From Thermodesulfobacteriota bacterium (GTDB lineage Bacteria; Desulfobacterota; Desulfobacteria; Desulfobacterales; C00003060): 64,000 nucleotides of DNA. Shown piece by piece: positions 21,559-31,070 of this stretch; positions within the stretch are counted from its first letter, which is position 1, and every line of letters starts with the position of its first letter. The stretch lies in contig JAXHVD010000002.1 of the NCBI GenBank assembly GCA_034189385.1, positions 96,001 through 160,000 on the forward strand. Direction: 5' to 3'. Below the pieces are notes generated by a model that ran no database searches, had not been told where the DNA came from, and saw only the letters and a program-made list of their open reading frames with translations. The position numbers were made by a program, and so were the translations under genes.

Positions 21559-22443
21559 ATGCCGCTAGACATAAGAGACGCCCCATACCTGAATCACGAT
21601 GATATATTGGACCTGAATTTCATCAAGGACCCAGGAGTGTATGTTTTCAGGAGGCATTATCGCCAAGGATTGCGCTCCCATATCATGGAGATATTGAGCC
21701 CCCAGGCAGTGGCAAACGAAACACGGGGGGTCTATTTAGAGGGATCGATGCGATATCCAAAGGCTGAGCCCTCTAAGATGTTAAGGTTGTTTAGAGCCAG
21801 ATTCAACAGCCTCAAAGAGGCTAAAGAAGAGTTGACAAGGGTTAAACTCATAATGGCCTACCTTGCTCCTGATCATCTGGGAAGGCCTGAAGAATTCCTC
21901 GTCGATTATTCGCTATCTGGCCAAGGGGAGATCCTTCTTTGCGGTCTCCAGGAATATGTGCACGGTGAGGTCCTGGATCCTTGGAGTCTCCTGAATAGGA
22001 ACCATCTGGTGTCCATGCTAAACGACATGGGCTGTGATGGGGCCGGCGAGGCAGGCAGAGAAGGCGACCAATGGGCCCATTGCGTGCGGGAAAAGGCGGC
22101 CAGCCTTGTACAAAAGCTCAAAGAGATGATCATGGAGGCCCATCACGTACCGGATCTTGCGGGCATAGGAAATCTGATACTTACCCGGAACGGAGACATC
22201 AAACTTGTGGACATCAACAACATCTCCAGGGTTTTTTTTGACACGACTATCAGTCTCGATGACAGGGGGTATCCGGTCTGCGACAAATCGATTCAGGCCC
22301 TCTCCCTTCTTGAGAAGAAACTCCTTGGGAGGTCTTTAGGTAAAGATCACCCTATCTATGGGGTATTCCTTGATCCTGAAAGGATGAAAAACGTTGACGC
22401 GGCAGAAAATGCCTTCTACCTTTCTATGGAGACAAAGAAGTAA
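21559..22443 (+). CDS. Hypothetical protein with protein-kinase-like catalytic-loop motif
   Basis: HHVPDLAGIGNLILTRNGDIKLVDINN resembles HxDLxxxN...IKLxD. Confidence 0.6.
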   Translation: MPLDIRDAPYLNHDDILDLNFIKDPGVYVFRRHYRQGLRSHIMEILSPQAVANETRGVYLEGSMRYPKAEPSKMLRLFRARFNSLKEAKEELTRVKLIMAYLAPDHLGRPEEFLVDYSLSGQGEILLCGLQEYVHGEVLDPWSLLNRNHLVSMLNDMGCDGAGEAGREGDQWAHCVREKAASLVQKLKEMIMEAHHVPDLAGIGNLILTRNGDIKLVDINNISRVFFDTTISLDDRGYPVCDKSIQALSLLEKKLLGRSLGKDHPIYGVFLDPERMKNVDAAENAFYLSMETKK

Positions 22444-22594
22444 GACTCTGGACAATCCGTAGCTGCAGCCCTTTTCTCAGCCGGAAAATGGATAAACACC
22501 TTGCACTATCAACTCGTGGTGACAGGGATTCCGTTTTTGATGCCAGCCACAACCGGTCTCATGCCACATTCTGATTGATCCATCATGAGTCAGC

Positions 22595-25246
22595 CTAGAG
22601 AAGGGCGTGTAACTTCCGCAATACCCCTTCGTATTCGTCTCTGCGGAAGCAGAAGTGCAGTTCCGAGAACCTTTCCCGCAAGGCCTTGACCTGATCGGTG
22701 ACATGGGCATTGTTCATGACCACGTCATGAATCAGGCCTGCCAGGGTCTGAAAATCTTCTTCCCGCATACCGAAGCGTGTCATTTCCGAAACGCCCATCC
22801 TGAGCGCCCCTGATGCAGTAAACCCCTCTTCATCTGTGTTCGCCTGGTAGTTGCAGATGATGTTGTTCGCTTCCAGGCGCCTTGCCATTTCAGGGCCGTG
22901 ACTGTAACCTACATCTATGACTACCTGGTGGGTCTCCGTAAAGTCTATGGCCGGATCACCTGCCACATCCAGCCCTGCATCCCTTAGGGCCCGGGCAAAG
23001 GCCTTGGCATTTGAAATGACCTGGGGTTGGTATTGGCCCTTAAAGTAATTCATCTCATACGTGGCCATGAGAAGCCCTACTACAGTGCCGAGGTGGTGGT
23101 TGGAGACAGATCCAGGAAAGGCACGGCGAAGGAGGGACTCCCACAGTTCATATTCCTCTTCGTTTTCTTTAAATCGACTACCCACAACACCACGTTGGGT
23201 CCCGAAAAAAGTTTTGTGGGTCGACCCAGTGACCAGATCAGCACCTTCCACAAAGGGTTCCTGAAAGTGAGGACCAAGGAGCCCCAGTACATGGGCCATG
23301 TCGTACATGACCATGGCACGGATGCCTTGCCTGTCCAGGAACTGGCGAATCTCCGCCACCGGCTCCTTGTGAAGGACCATGCTCTTTCCAAATATGATCA
23401 ATTCAGGTCGGTACTCCTCTATCAATTCCAGTGTGGCTGGGACATCGGTTTTAAAAGGGTTGTCAGGCAATACAGGGAACTTCACAACGGCCGGACGCTC
23501 TGTGCGGGGATTGCGGGCCACGAAGTCCTTAAGAGCTCCCATGGGCTGAGCACTCAGGTGCCCCCCCTTGCCGATGTGACTATTCATGACGTGGTGAATA
23601 CGCCGCGGCTCCACCTTTCGGTCCGTACGATTGATATAATCCACCATGGCGCTGAAGACGGCCGTGTTGGCCATCTGCCCGCTTACTAGGCGCAATTCCA
23701 CATTTTCGCAGCCCAGGTATGCCAGCATTTCCTGTTCCAACATCCGCTCGACCTCGTCGATGAAACCGGTCCCCTGGTAATAGAAGATCTCGGCATCATA
23801 GAAGGCCTTGGCCTTTTTGTGCTCGGCATAACGAAAGGCCGGGTCCATGACCGAGACCAACCGCGCCATAGGAGAAGGCGTCATCTCAGAGGGGATGAGA
23901 TTGATACACTCCCGTTGTCTCCAGAGGGTGTTTTCCAAGGTTTTTCCCAGCAGCCTTTCCACTTTGGCAGATGTATCCCCTGTGGGAAGCTCCTTGGCAG
24001 GCAGCTCGAAGTCGAAGAGGATGGGACGGACATAGGGCGGCGCATCTCCACGCATGTGAAAGGGCACCACCACGGCGTCTACCAACTTGCCCCTGATTTC
24101 TATGGTCAGCTTATCCTCTTCGATGATGTCACTGTCTAAGTATCCCAGACAGATGGAGCGGAGCTGACGTTGGTCTGTCTGCGCAGATTCAAGTCCCTCG
24201 CCCTCCACAGTCCACATGGGAACCATGGTACCGCTGGTGACGTAACCGACGTGCTTGTCCTGTTTAAAGACCTTGGCGCCTTCACGGGCGATCCCTCGGC
24301 CTGACACGGCGATGGGCTGGCTGATACGGGGAAGATCTTGGTTAAGGGAATAGTCGCGCCTCATGATTCTCTTAAAGGCCTCGTGCTGCCTGGTGAGTTC
24401 CTTGCGACCTAAGAACTCCCCCTTAAGGGGGGAGAGACTTACAGCAAACTTGGCAAGAGGACAGGCAAATATGGGGATTTCTTTGCCCTCCGGGTCTTCA
24501 CCCAATTCATGTCCGTAAAGCGGAAGGGCCGCCTCTAGCCTGAGCGTATCCCTGGCGCCCAGTCCGATGGGAGTCGCCCCTTTTGACAGGATCAGGTCCC
24601 ACAGCATGGGACCGTCTGCTCGGTCGGCGAAGAGCTCAAAGCAGATCGGCTCCCCTGTATAGCCGGTGCGGGAGACCTTGACCGTGGCACCTGCGATGGT
24701 CACCATGCCTACAGTGTTTCGCATGGGTTCCGGCAGTTGGCCGGACTCCACGATCTCTTGCATCACGTGACGGGACATGGGCCCCTGGAAGGCCAGCATG
24801 GCGATTTCCTTGGTGCGATCAATCAGTTCAACGTCGTCGAACTCCTTTAAGAGCGGCTGGAAGTGGTTCCAGGCCTTCTCACGGTTGGAGCCGTTTACCA
24901 CCAGAAGATATTCGTCCTCCACAAAGCGATAGAGGTAGGCGTCGTCCACAGCGCCGCCCGTTTCGTTGGGAATCATGGTATACTGAGCGCCCGTCTCCCT
25001 GATGTCCAGGGCTTCGGCGTTATTGGTCAAGACATGTTGAAGAAACCTCAATGCCCCATCCCCGCGGACGATGAATCGGCCCATGTGGGAAACGTCAAAA
25101 AGCCCTCCGCTCTTGCGCGTGGCAAGATGCTCCTCCACGATACCGCTAGGATAGAAAATGGGCATTTCCCAGCCCACAAATTCTACTATCTTGGCGCCCA
25201 AGGCCACGTGTTGGTCATAGAAAACGGTTCTTAGAAGTTCGCTCAT
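22595..25246 (-). CDS. gcvT-glyA: Fusion of glycine cleavage T-protein (aminomethyltransferase) and serine hydroxymethyltransferase
   Basis: N-half FDVSHMG, SRTGYTGE, GLGARDTLRLEA; C-half INLIPSE, GGHLS, YDMAHVLG, GSTHKTFFG, SNHH, LRMG. Confidence 0.92.
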   Translation of the reverse strand: MSELLRTVFYDQHVALGAKIVEFVGWEMPIFYPSGIVEEHLATRKSGGLFDVSHMGRFIVRGDGALRFLQHVLTNNAEALDIRETGAQYTMIPNETGGAVDDAYLYRFVEDEYLLVVNGSNREKAWNHFQPLLKEFDDVELIDRTKEIAMLAFQGPMSRHVMQEIVESGQLPEPMRNTVGMVTIAGATVKVSRTGYTGEPICFELFADRADGPMLWDLILSKGATPIGLGARDTLRLEAALPLYGHELGEDPEGKEIPIFACPLAKFAVSLSPLKGEFLGRKELTRQHEAFKRIMRRDYSLNQDLPRISQPIAVSGRGIAREGAKVFKQDKHVGYVTSGTMVPMWTVEGEGLESAQTDQRQLRSICLGYLDSDIIEEDKLTIEIRGKLVDAVVVPFHMRGDAPPYVRPILFDFELPAKELPTGDTSAKVERLLGKTLENTLWRQRECINLIPSEMTPSPMARLVSVMDPAFRYAEHKKAKAFYDAEIFYYQGTGFIDEVERMLEQEMLAYLGCENVELRLVSGQMANTAVFSAMVDYINRTDRKVEPRRIHHVMNSHIGKGGHLSAQPMGALKDFVARNPRTERPAVVKFPVLPDNPFKTDVPATLELIEEYRPELIIFGKSMVLHKEPVAEIRQFLDRQGIRAMVMYDMAHVLGLLGPHFQEPFVEGADLVTGSTHKTFFGTQRGVVGSRFKENEEEYELWESLLRRAFPGSVSNHHLGTVVGLLMATYEMNYFKGQYQPQVISNAKAFARALRDAGLDVAGDPAIDFTETHQVVIDVGYSHGPEMARRLEANNIICNYQANTDEEGFTASGALRMGVSEMTRFGMREEDFQTLAGLIHDVVMNNAHVTDQVKALRERFSELHFCFRRDEYEGVLRKLHALL

Positions 25247-25739
25247 GAATGGTCTCCTTTCCCTGTGAAAGGGCCGGATGGTATCAGGCTAGAAGGATTT
25301 CGTCAACTGAAGCCGGCCCTGCCAAGCAAGTGGATGTCTGGGATGAATCCACAATGAACAACCATGTCGCAATTGCATTCAGTGGTGTGATATGATAATC
25401 GCTAAACCCTTAGCCTTTGTGTGCCTTCCTGCATGGATCGGAGAATTCTAGCTCTCTTAAAGTGTGCCCTGTTCAGATGGTCGTTTCTGGATACTTGATG
25501 CCGGGTAAGCCTCGTCATTCGATCCAGACGTGTCCAGCGTCCACTTGATGGAAGGGCCGTGATCTCAGAGGGGATTCGGAAGCATCGAGTCAGGAGACGT
25601 TTCACTTAAAAAAACGTATCATTTTGGTGCTTTCAAAAGCTGTTTTACGAGGGAGATGGAGTCCGCCACGGCGGAGAAAAGGTTTTTTCAAAATGCTGAA
25701 CTCGTAAGAGAAAACAATATTGAAAGGGGAGGGATAGTC

Positions 25740-26144
25740 ATGAAAGAAATCAGTGAATTGAACCTACCGGATGATCTTCGCTATGCGCAAGATCACGAAT
25801 GGGCCAGGCTTGACGGCGACAAGGTTCGGGTCGGTCTTGACGACTATGCCCAGGATCAGTTGGGGGACATTGTATTTGTAGAGCTCCCCCAGGTAGGTGA
25901 CAGGTTCAAGAAGGGTGACGAGTTTGCCACGGTGGAATCTGTCAAGGCTGTGTGCGAGTGTTACTTGCCTGTGAGCGGGGAGATCATGGCGGTGAACACG
26001 GCTCTTGAAGAGGCGCCTGAACTGGTGAACAAAGACCCCTATGGTGAGGGATGGTTTGTGGAGGTGAAGCCTGACGATACCTCTGAGATGGACAGCCTTA
26101 TGTCCAATGTGGACTGCCTTGAGAAGCTGAAAGGAGCGGAGTAG
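25740..26144 (+). CDS. gcvH: Glycine cleavage system H protein
   Basis: DHEWA, AQDQLGDIVFVELP, VESVKA lipoyl-Lys, DPYGEGW. Confidence 0.97.
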   Translation: MKEISELNLPDDLRYAQDHEWARLDGDKVRVGLDDYAQDQLGDIVFVELPQVGDRFKKGDEFATVESVKAVCECYLPVSGEIMAVNTALEEAPELVNKDPYGEGWFVEVKPDDTSEMDSLMSNVDCLEKLKGAE

Positions 26145-27476
26145 ATGCGTTACTTGCCCCATACGACGGAAGACGTAGCTGCAATGCTTGATGTTGTGGG
26201 CGCTGACGATCTTGACGACCTCTTTTCCACGATCCCAGAGGATTGCGGTTTTAAAGGGCATCTCGATCTGCCCGAGGCATTGACAGAGTGGGAGCTAAAC
26301 GACCACATGAAAGGCCTTTCCGGGAACATGGCTGTCTCTCCGGCTTACAAGGTGTTTATGGGGGCGGGGAGTTACGAACACTTCATCCCTGCCTCCGTGT
26401 CCTATCTCTTGGGCCGATCAGAGTTTGTCACGTCCTATACCCCCTACCAGCCGGAAATGAGCCAGGGGACCCTCCAGGCGATCTATGAGTATCAGAGTCT
26501 TGCCGCCCGGCTTCTGGGCATGGAGGTGGCAACAGCGTCCCATTATGATGGGGCCGCGGCCTTGGCCGAGGCACTCTTGATGGCCGTCCGTGTGACCAAG
26601 AAGAAAAGGGTGGCGTTGTCCAGTCTCATTCATCCCCTTTACCGCCGCGTGGTTCGAACCTATTTTGAGCCCACCGGTTACGAAGTCACGGAACTGGGCT
26701 ATCTCCCAAACGGAACGACCGATCTGTCTGACTTGGACAGCATGGATGACCTTGCCGCCGTGGCCGTCCAGTCTCCTAATTTTTTGGGGTGCATTGAAGA
26801 CCTTGAGCCCATTGGTGAAAAGGCCCATGAAAAGAAAGCCCTCTTTATCGCCTCCTTTACAGAGGCCCTTGCCTATGGACTCTTAAAAAGCCCGGGGAGC
26901 CAAGGCGCAGACATCGTGGCAGGAGAAGGGCAGAGCCTGGGGATTCCCCGTTCCTTTGGCGGCCCGGCATTGGGCATGCTTGCCAGCAGCAAGAAGTACA
27001 TGCGTAGCCTGCCCGGTCGTCTCGTGGGCCTGACCAAGGACCTGGACGGAAAGAGGGGCTTTGTGCTGACCCTGGCAACGAGAGAGCAGCACATCCGACG
27101 GGAAAAGGCGACGTCAAACATCTGCACCAACAACAGCCTCTGTGCCCTGGCGGCTGCCATGTACATGGCCTCTGTGGGCGGGACAGGGATCCGGGAGCTT
27201 GCCCGGCTCAACCACGACAAGGCAGAGTATCTTAAAAGGGAGCTCAAGAAAAAGGGGTGTAACATTCCCTTTGAGAGTGCCACCTTTAACGAATTCGTTG
27301 TTAAATTTCCTGGAGACTTGGAGGGTGTGTATGATCGCCTTCTGGAGAAGAAGATAGTGGCAGGCCTTCCTCTAGGCCCTTACTATCCTGAACTTGCCAA
27401 CCACTTGCTTTTGTGCGTGACGGAAACCAGGACCAGGGAGGAGATGGACGCCCTGGTCCGGGAGGTGCAACAATGA
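26145..27476 (+). CDS. gcvPA: Glycine dehydrogenase subunit 1
   Basis: MRYLPHT, GAGSY, SYTPYQPEMSQG, TREQHIRREKATSNICTN. Confidence 0.98.
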   Translation: MRYLPHTTEDVAAMLDVVGADDLDDLFSTIPEDCGFKGHLDLPEALTEWELNDHMKGLSGNMAVSPAYKVFMGAGSYEHFIPASVSYLLGRSEFVTSYTPYQPEMSQGTLQAIYEYQSLAARLLGMEVATASHYDGAAALAEALLMAVRVTKKKRVALSSLIHPLYRRVVRTYFEPTGYEVTELGYLPNGTTDLSDLDSMDDLAAVAVQSPNFLGCIEDLEPIGEKAHEKKALFIASFTEALAYGLLKSPGSQGADIVAGEGQSLGIPRSFGGPALGMLASSKKYMRSLPGRLVGLTKDLDGKRGFVLTLATREQHIRREKATSNICTNNSLCALAAAMYMASVGGTGIRELARLNHDKAEYLKRELKKKGCNIPFESATFNEFVVKFPGDLEGVYDRLLEKKIVAGLPLGPYYPELANHLLLCVTETRTREEMDALVREVQQ

Positions 27477-28930
27477 AGGAGTCCTTGGGTGGAACAGGTT
27501 TGATACTCAATGAGCCCCTCTTGTGGGAAAAGGGAAAGAAGGGAAGATCGGGTTTTTCTCTTCCAAGGCGGGACGTTGATTCCTTCCCTCTAGACGAGAA
27601 GCTCACAGGCGAAGGGCCTGACTTCCCCGATCTGAGCGAAGTGGACGTGGTGCGCCACTACACCAGGCTGGCCCAGTGGAATTTCGGGGTCGATACCGGC
27701 ATGTACCCTCTGGGGTCGTGCACCATGAAGTACAGTCCCAAGACAAACGAAAGACAGGCAAGCCTGCCAGGCCTTGCCGGAGCCCATCCCCTCATGCCGG
27801 CAAGCCTCTCTCAGGGGGCCCTTCAGATGATGTTTGCACTTGGGCAGTATCTTTCCGAAATCACCGGCATGGATGCCACTACCCTGCAACCTGCGGCCGG
27901 GGCCCACGGAGAGCTTACGGGCATGCTGCTCATTCACGCCTTTCACGAAAAGGGGGGCGGTGCCCGCTCTAAGATCATCGTGCCGGACACGGCCCACGGC
28001 ACAAATCCCGCCTCTGCCGCCCTTTGCGGTTATCGCCCTGTGCCCGTCGCATCAAATGACCAGGGGATCCTCTCCCTGGAAGCCATTTCCGAGGTCATGG
28101 ACGAAGAGACCGCCGGCATCATGGTGACCAACCCCAATACCCTGGGCCTTTTTGAAGAAAACATCCGACAGATAGCAGAGATCGTCCACGGCAAAGGCGG
28201 TCAGGTCTATTGTGACGGGGCAAACCTAAATGCCGTCATGGGGATCGTAAAGATGGGAGAGATCGGCGTAGACGTGATGCAGCTGAATCTGCATAAGACC
28301 TTTTCAACGCCCCACGGGGGGGGAGGGCCAGGTTCTGGTCCGGTGTGCGTGAAGAAGCACCTGGAGCCCTTTCTACCTGTTCCTCGGGTGACAAAGGAAC
28401 AGGGGGCCTACATCTTTTCCGAAGACTATCCTGATTCCATAGGCAAGGTGCAGGCCTTTTATGGCGCCTTTGGCGTCATGGTAAAGGCCTATAGCTATAT
28501 CCGCGCCATGGGTCCGGAGAACCTGAAAAAGGCGAGCCAGCTTGCAGTGTTGAACGCTAACTACGTTAAAGAGAGGCTGAAAGGGACCTTGCATCTTCCT
28601 TATGACAGACCCTGCATGCACGAATGCGTCTTCTCCGACAAGAACCAAGAGGCCCAGAAAATTGCTACTCTGGATATGGCCAAACGCCTTATGGACTACG
28701 GCTTTCATCCTCCCACTGTTTACTTCCCCCTGGTCGTACACGGTGCGATCATGGTGGAACCGACTGAGACGGAGTGCAAAGAGGACCTGGATCAGTTCAT
28801 TGAGGCCTTCAAGGCCATTGCCGAGGAGGCCAGAGAGAATCCGGACGTTCTCCACAAGGCCCCGAAAACCTGCAAGGTGAGAAGGCTGGATGAGGTAACG
28901 GCGGCCAGAAAGCCATGTCTTGCAGGGTGA
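27473..28930 (+). CDS. gcvPB: Glycine dehydrogenase subunit 2
   Basis: YPLGSCTMKY, QPAAGAHGE, NLHKTFSTPHGGGGPG, GFHPPT, EPTETE. Confidence 0.98.
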   Translation: MKESLGGTGLILNEPLLWEKGKKGRSGFSLPRRDVDSFPLDEKLTGEGPDFPDLSEVDVVRHYTRLAQWNFGVDTGMYPLGSCTMKYSPKTNERQASLPGLAGAHPLMPASLSQGALQMMFALGQYLSEITGMDATTLQPAAGAHGELTGMLLIHAFHEKGGGARSKIIVPDTAHGTNPASAALCGYRPVPVASNDQGILSLEAISEVMDEETAGIMVTNPNTLGLFEENIRQIAEIVHGKGGQVYCDGANLNAVMGIVKMGEIGVDVMQLNLHKTFSTPHGGGGPGSGPVCVKKHLEPFLPVPRVTKEQGAYIFSEDYPDSIGKVQAFYGAFGVMVKAYSYIRAMGPENLKKASQLAVLNANYVKERLKGTLHLPYDRPCMHECVFSDKNQEAQKIATLDMAKRLMDYGFHPPTVYFPLVVHGAIMVEPTETECKEDLDQFIEAFKAIAEEARENPDVLHKAPKTCKVRRLDEVTAARKPCLAG

Positions 28931-28934
28931 GTCT

Positions 28935-29735
28935 ATGCCCTTTTTCAAAACCACTGATGCCTGCCGTCTCTACTACGAAACTCAAGGACTCGACTCAGAT
29001 AGACCGGTTGTTGTCTTTCTAAACGGCACCATGCAGAGCACGGTGAACTGGAAGGCCCATGTTGCAGCCCTGAGAGACCAGTTCCAGGTCCTTACGTACG
29101 ATGCCAGGGGCCAGGGACAAAGCGACTTGGGCAAGCAGAAGCTATCTCTGGAGGGCCATGCCGCAGACCTTGGTGCCTTGCTTGACCATCTGGAGATCAA
29201 AAAGGCCAACCTCGTGGGGCTGAGCCATGGGGCAAAGGTGGCCCTAGCCTACGCCGCCCATGCACCTGAGCGGGTCAACGGCCTTGTACTGTGCTGTGTC
29301 ACTGCTACGCTCACCCATCGTTCCAGGCTTTTTGTGCGGTCATGGTTGGAGACACTGAAAGAGGCCGGCCTTGAGGCCATGATATGGGCCTCTCTCCCCG
29401 TTGTCTTTGGAGAGGAATTCCTAAAGGCCAAAGAGAGGATTCTAAACGGATTAGTAAAGGCCACAGCAAGGAGAAACAGCAAACAGGCACTTACGGCCTT
29501 TCTTGAAGCCATCATTTCCTATCCTCCCTTGTCTCAGATAACCGGTGCTATCTCGATCCCTTCCCTTGTTATTTCGGCATCAGAAGATCCCATGATCACA
29601 GAAGAGGGGGCGAGAGAGCTTGCGAAGATTTGTGGCGGCAGGCATAAACAGGTGCCTGGGATAGGCCATTCTATTCCCAGCGAAGCGCCGGAGTTATTCA
29701 ACAAGACCGTACTGGAGTTTCTGTCAAAAACCTAA
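28935..29735 (+). CDS. Alpha/beta fold hydrolase (PcaD-like)
   Basis: YDARGQGQS, GLSHG nucleophile elbow, EDP, GH. Confidence 0.85.
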   Translation: MPFFKTTDACRLYYETQGLDSDRPVVVFLNGTMQSTVNWKAHVAALRDQFQVLTYDARGQGQSDLGKQKLSLEGHAADLGALLDHLEIKKANLVGLSHGAKVALAYAAHAPERVNGLVLCCVTATLTHRSRLFVRSWLETLKEAGLEAMIWASLPVVFGEEFLKAKERILNGLVKATARRNSKQALTAFLEAIISYPPLSQITGAISIPSLVISASEDPMITEEGARELAKICGGRHKQVPGIGHSIPSEAPELFNKTVLEFLSKT

Positions 29736-30554
29736 GTGCTTATCGAGACTGTTTCCCATATGCTTGACCGGGTAGAGAAAAGCTGGATATGCGTTGAGCT
29801 CCCTGCCATGGATTACCGGGAAGTCTGGGATCTCCAAAGCCACCTTGTGGCGGCCAGAAAAGAGAGAGTCATTGACCGGGATCTTGTCTTGTTCGTGGAA
29901 CACCCTCCTGTCTTCACCCTTGGCAGCCACTGCGGGCTGAACAACCTGACGGTACCGCAGGGTTACTTGAAAAAGTCAGGAATTTCCGTGATCCGTGTGG
30001 AGCGGGGAGGAGACATTACCTTTCACGGGCCGGGCCAGCTTGTGGTGTATCCGATCATTGATCTGCGTGCCGCCCGGCTGCCGGTGACAGGACATATTGA
30101 GATGCTGGAAGAAGCCATGATTCAAACGGCCGAAGCGTGGGGTGTGCAGGCTGAAAGGAATCGAAGAAACAGAGGGGTTTGGGTAGGAGCGAACAAGCTG
30201 GGAAGCGTTGGCATCGCCGTCCGCCATGGGATTTGTTTTCACGGCATGGCCTTTAACGTCAATGTCTCACTGGAGCCCTTTGGATGGATGAACCCCTGCG
30301 GTCTAAAGGGTGTGGGGATCACATCCATGGAGCGGGAGCTTTCCAGGAAGATCTCCATGCATCGGGTCCGCGAGACCATGAAGCGTTCTATAGAAAGTGC
30401 TTACGGCGTTGAGCTTGTCATGACAAGCCTTGCGGCTCTGCCTGAGAGTGTTCGCCACAGACCCACACGGACGGGCGCAGACGGTTCTGCCGAAGGGCGG
30501 CAAAACAATAGGGCAAACACACACAGCAGCGGTGGTGACGCTTATGCTCCCTAA
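29736..30554 (+). CDS. lipB: Lipoyl(octanoyl) transferase; C-terminal tail read through a repeat element
   Basis: EHPPVFTLG, RGGDITFHGPGQLVVYPI, KLGSVG, HGMAFN, NPCG. Confidence 0.95.
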   Translation: MLIETVSHMLDRVEKSWICVELPAMDYREVWDLQSHLVAARKERVIDRDLVLFVEHPPVFTLGSHCGLNNLTVPQGYLKKSGISVIRVERGGDITFHGPGQLVVYPIIDLRAARLPVTGHIEMLEEAMIQTAEAWGVQAERNRRNRGVWVGANKLGSVGIAVRHGICFHGMAFNVNVSLEPFGWMNPCGLKGVGITSMERELSRKISMHRVRETMKRSIESAYGVELVMTSLAALPESVRHRPTRTGADGSAEGRQNNRANTHSSGGDAYAP

Positions 30555-31054
30555 GCGAAAGCCGCAAGGGGCAGCCCCCGTTAGGTCGGTGTGGGTCTGT
30601 GGCCATTAAGCAAAATGGACATCAACCAAATTACCTACCAGATCAATGGAGCCATCTTCGAAGTGAACCGGGAACTCGGACCCGGATTTTTGGAAAAGGT
30701 CTATGAAAATGCTTTGTTGATCGAGCTAATGGACAGGGGGCTCGAGGCTGAGAATCAAGTCCCGATTAAGGTTACATACAAGGGCGAGGAAGTCGGGGAG
30801 TACTACTCAGATATCGTCGTTGAGAACCAGGTTATTATAGAGATCAAGGCCGTTGAGTGCCTACAGAAAGTTCATGAGGCCCAATTACTGAACTACCTTA
30901 AAGCATCAGGGTACAAGACCGGTCTTCTAGTCAATTTCACGTACCCTAAAGCAGAAATAAGGCGATTCATTCTATAACTATTGACAAGATGTCCGTTTTT
31001 TCTGCCGAAGGTGGCAGAGAAAACTGTCTGTGTCCGTCGGTGTGGGTCTGTGGC
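30454..31054. repeat. REP-like inverted/direct repeats around the GxxExxY gene
   Basis: gccacagacccacac.. at 30454; its reverse complement gtcggtgtgggtctgtggc at 30585-30603 and 31036-31054. Confidence 0.85.
30615..30977 (+). CDS. GxxExxY protein (PD-(D/E)XK nuclease-like)
   Basis: LGPGFLEKVYENAL, DIVVENQVIIEIKAV, HEAQLLNYLKA, GLLVNF. Confidence 0.95.
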   Translation: MDINQITYQINGAIFEVNRELGPGFLEKVYENALLIELMDRGLEAENQVPIKVTYKGEEVGEYYSDIVVENQVIIEIKAVECLQKVHEAQLLNYLKASGYKTGLLVNFTYPKAEIRRFIL

Positions 31055-31070
31055 TAACTATAAATCAAAA

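Noticed and set aside
25247..25739. Glycine riboswitch between gcvT-glyA and gcvH
   Set aside because: I could not find the tandem aptamer signatures (GGAGA..CCGAAG..CTCTCAGG) on either strand.
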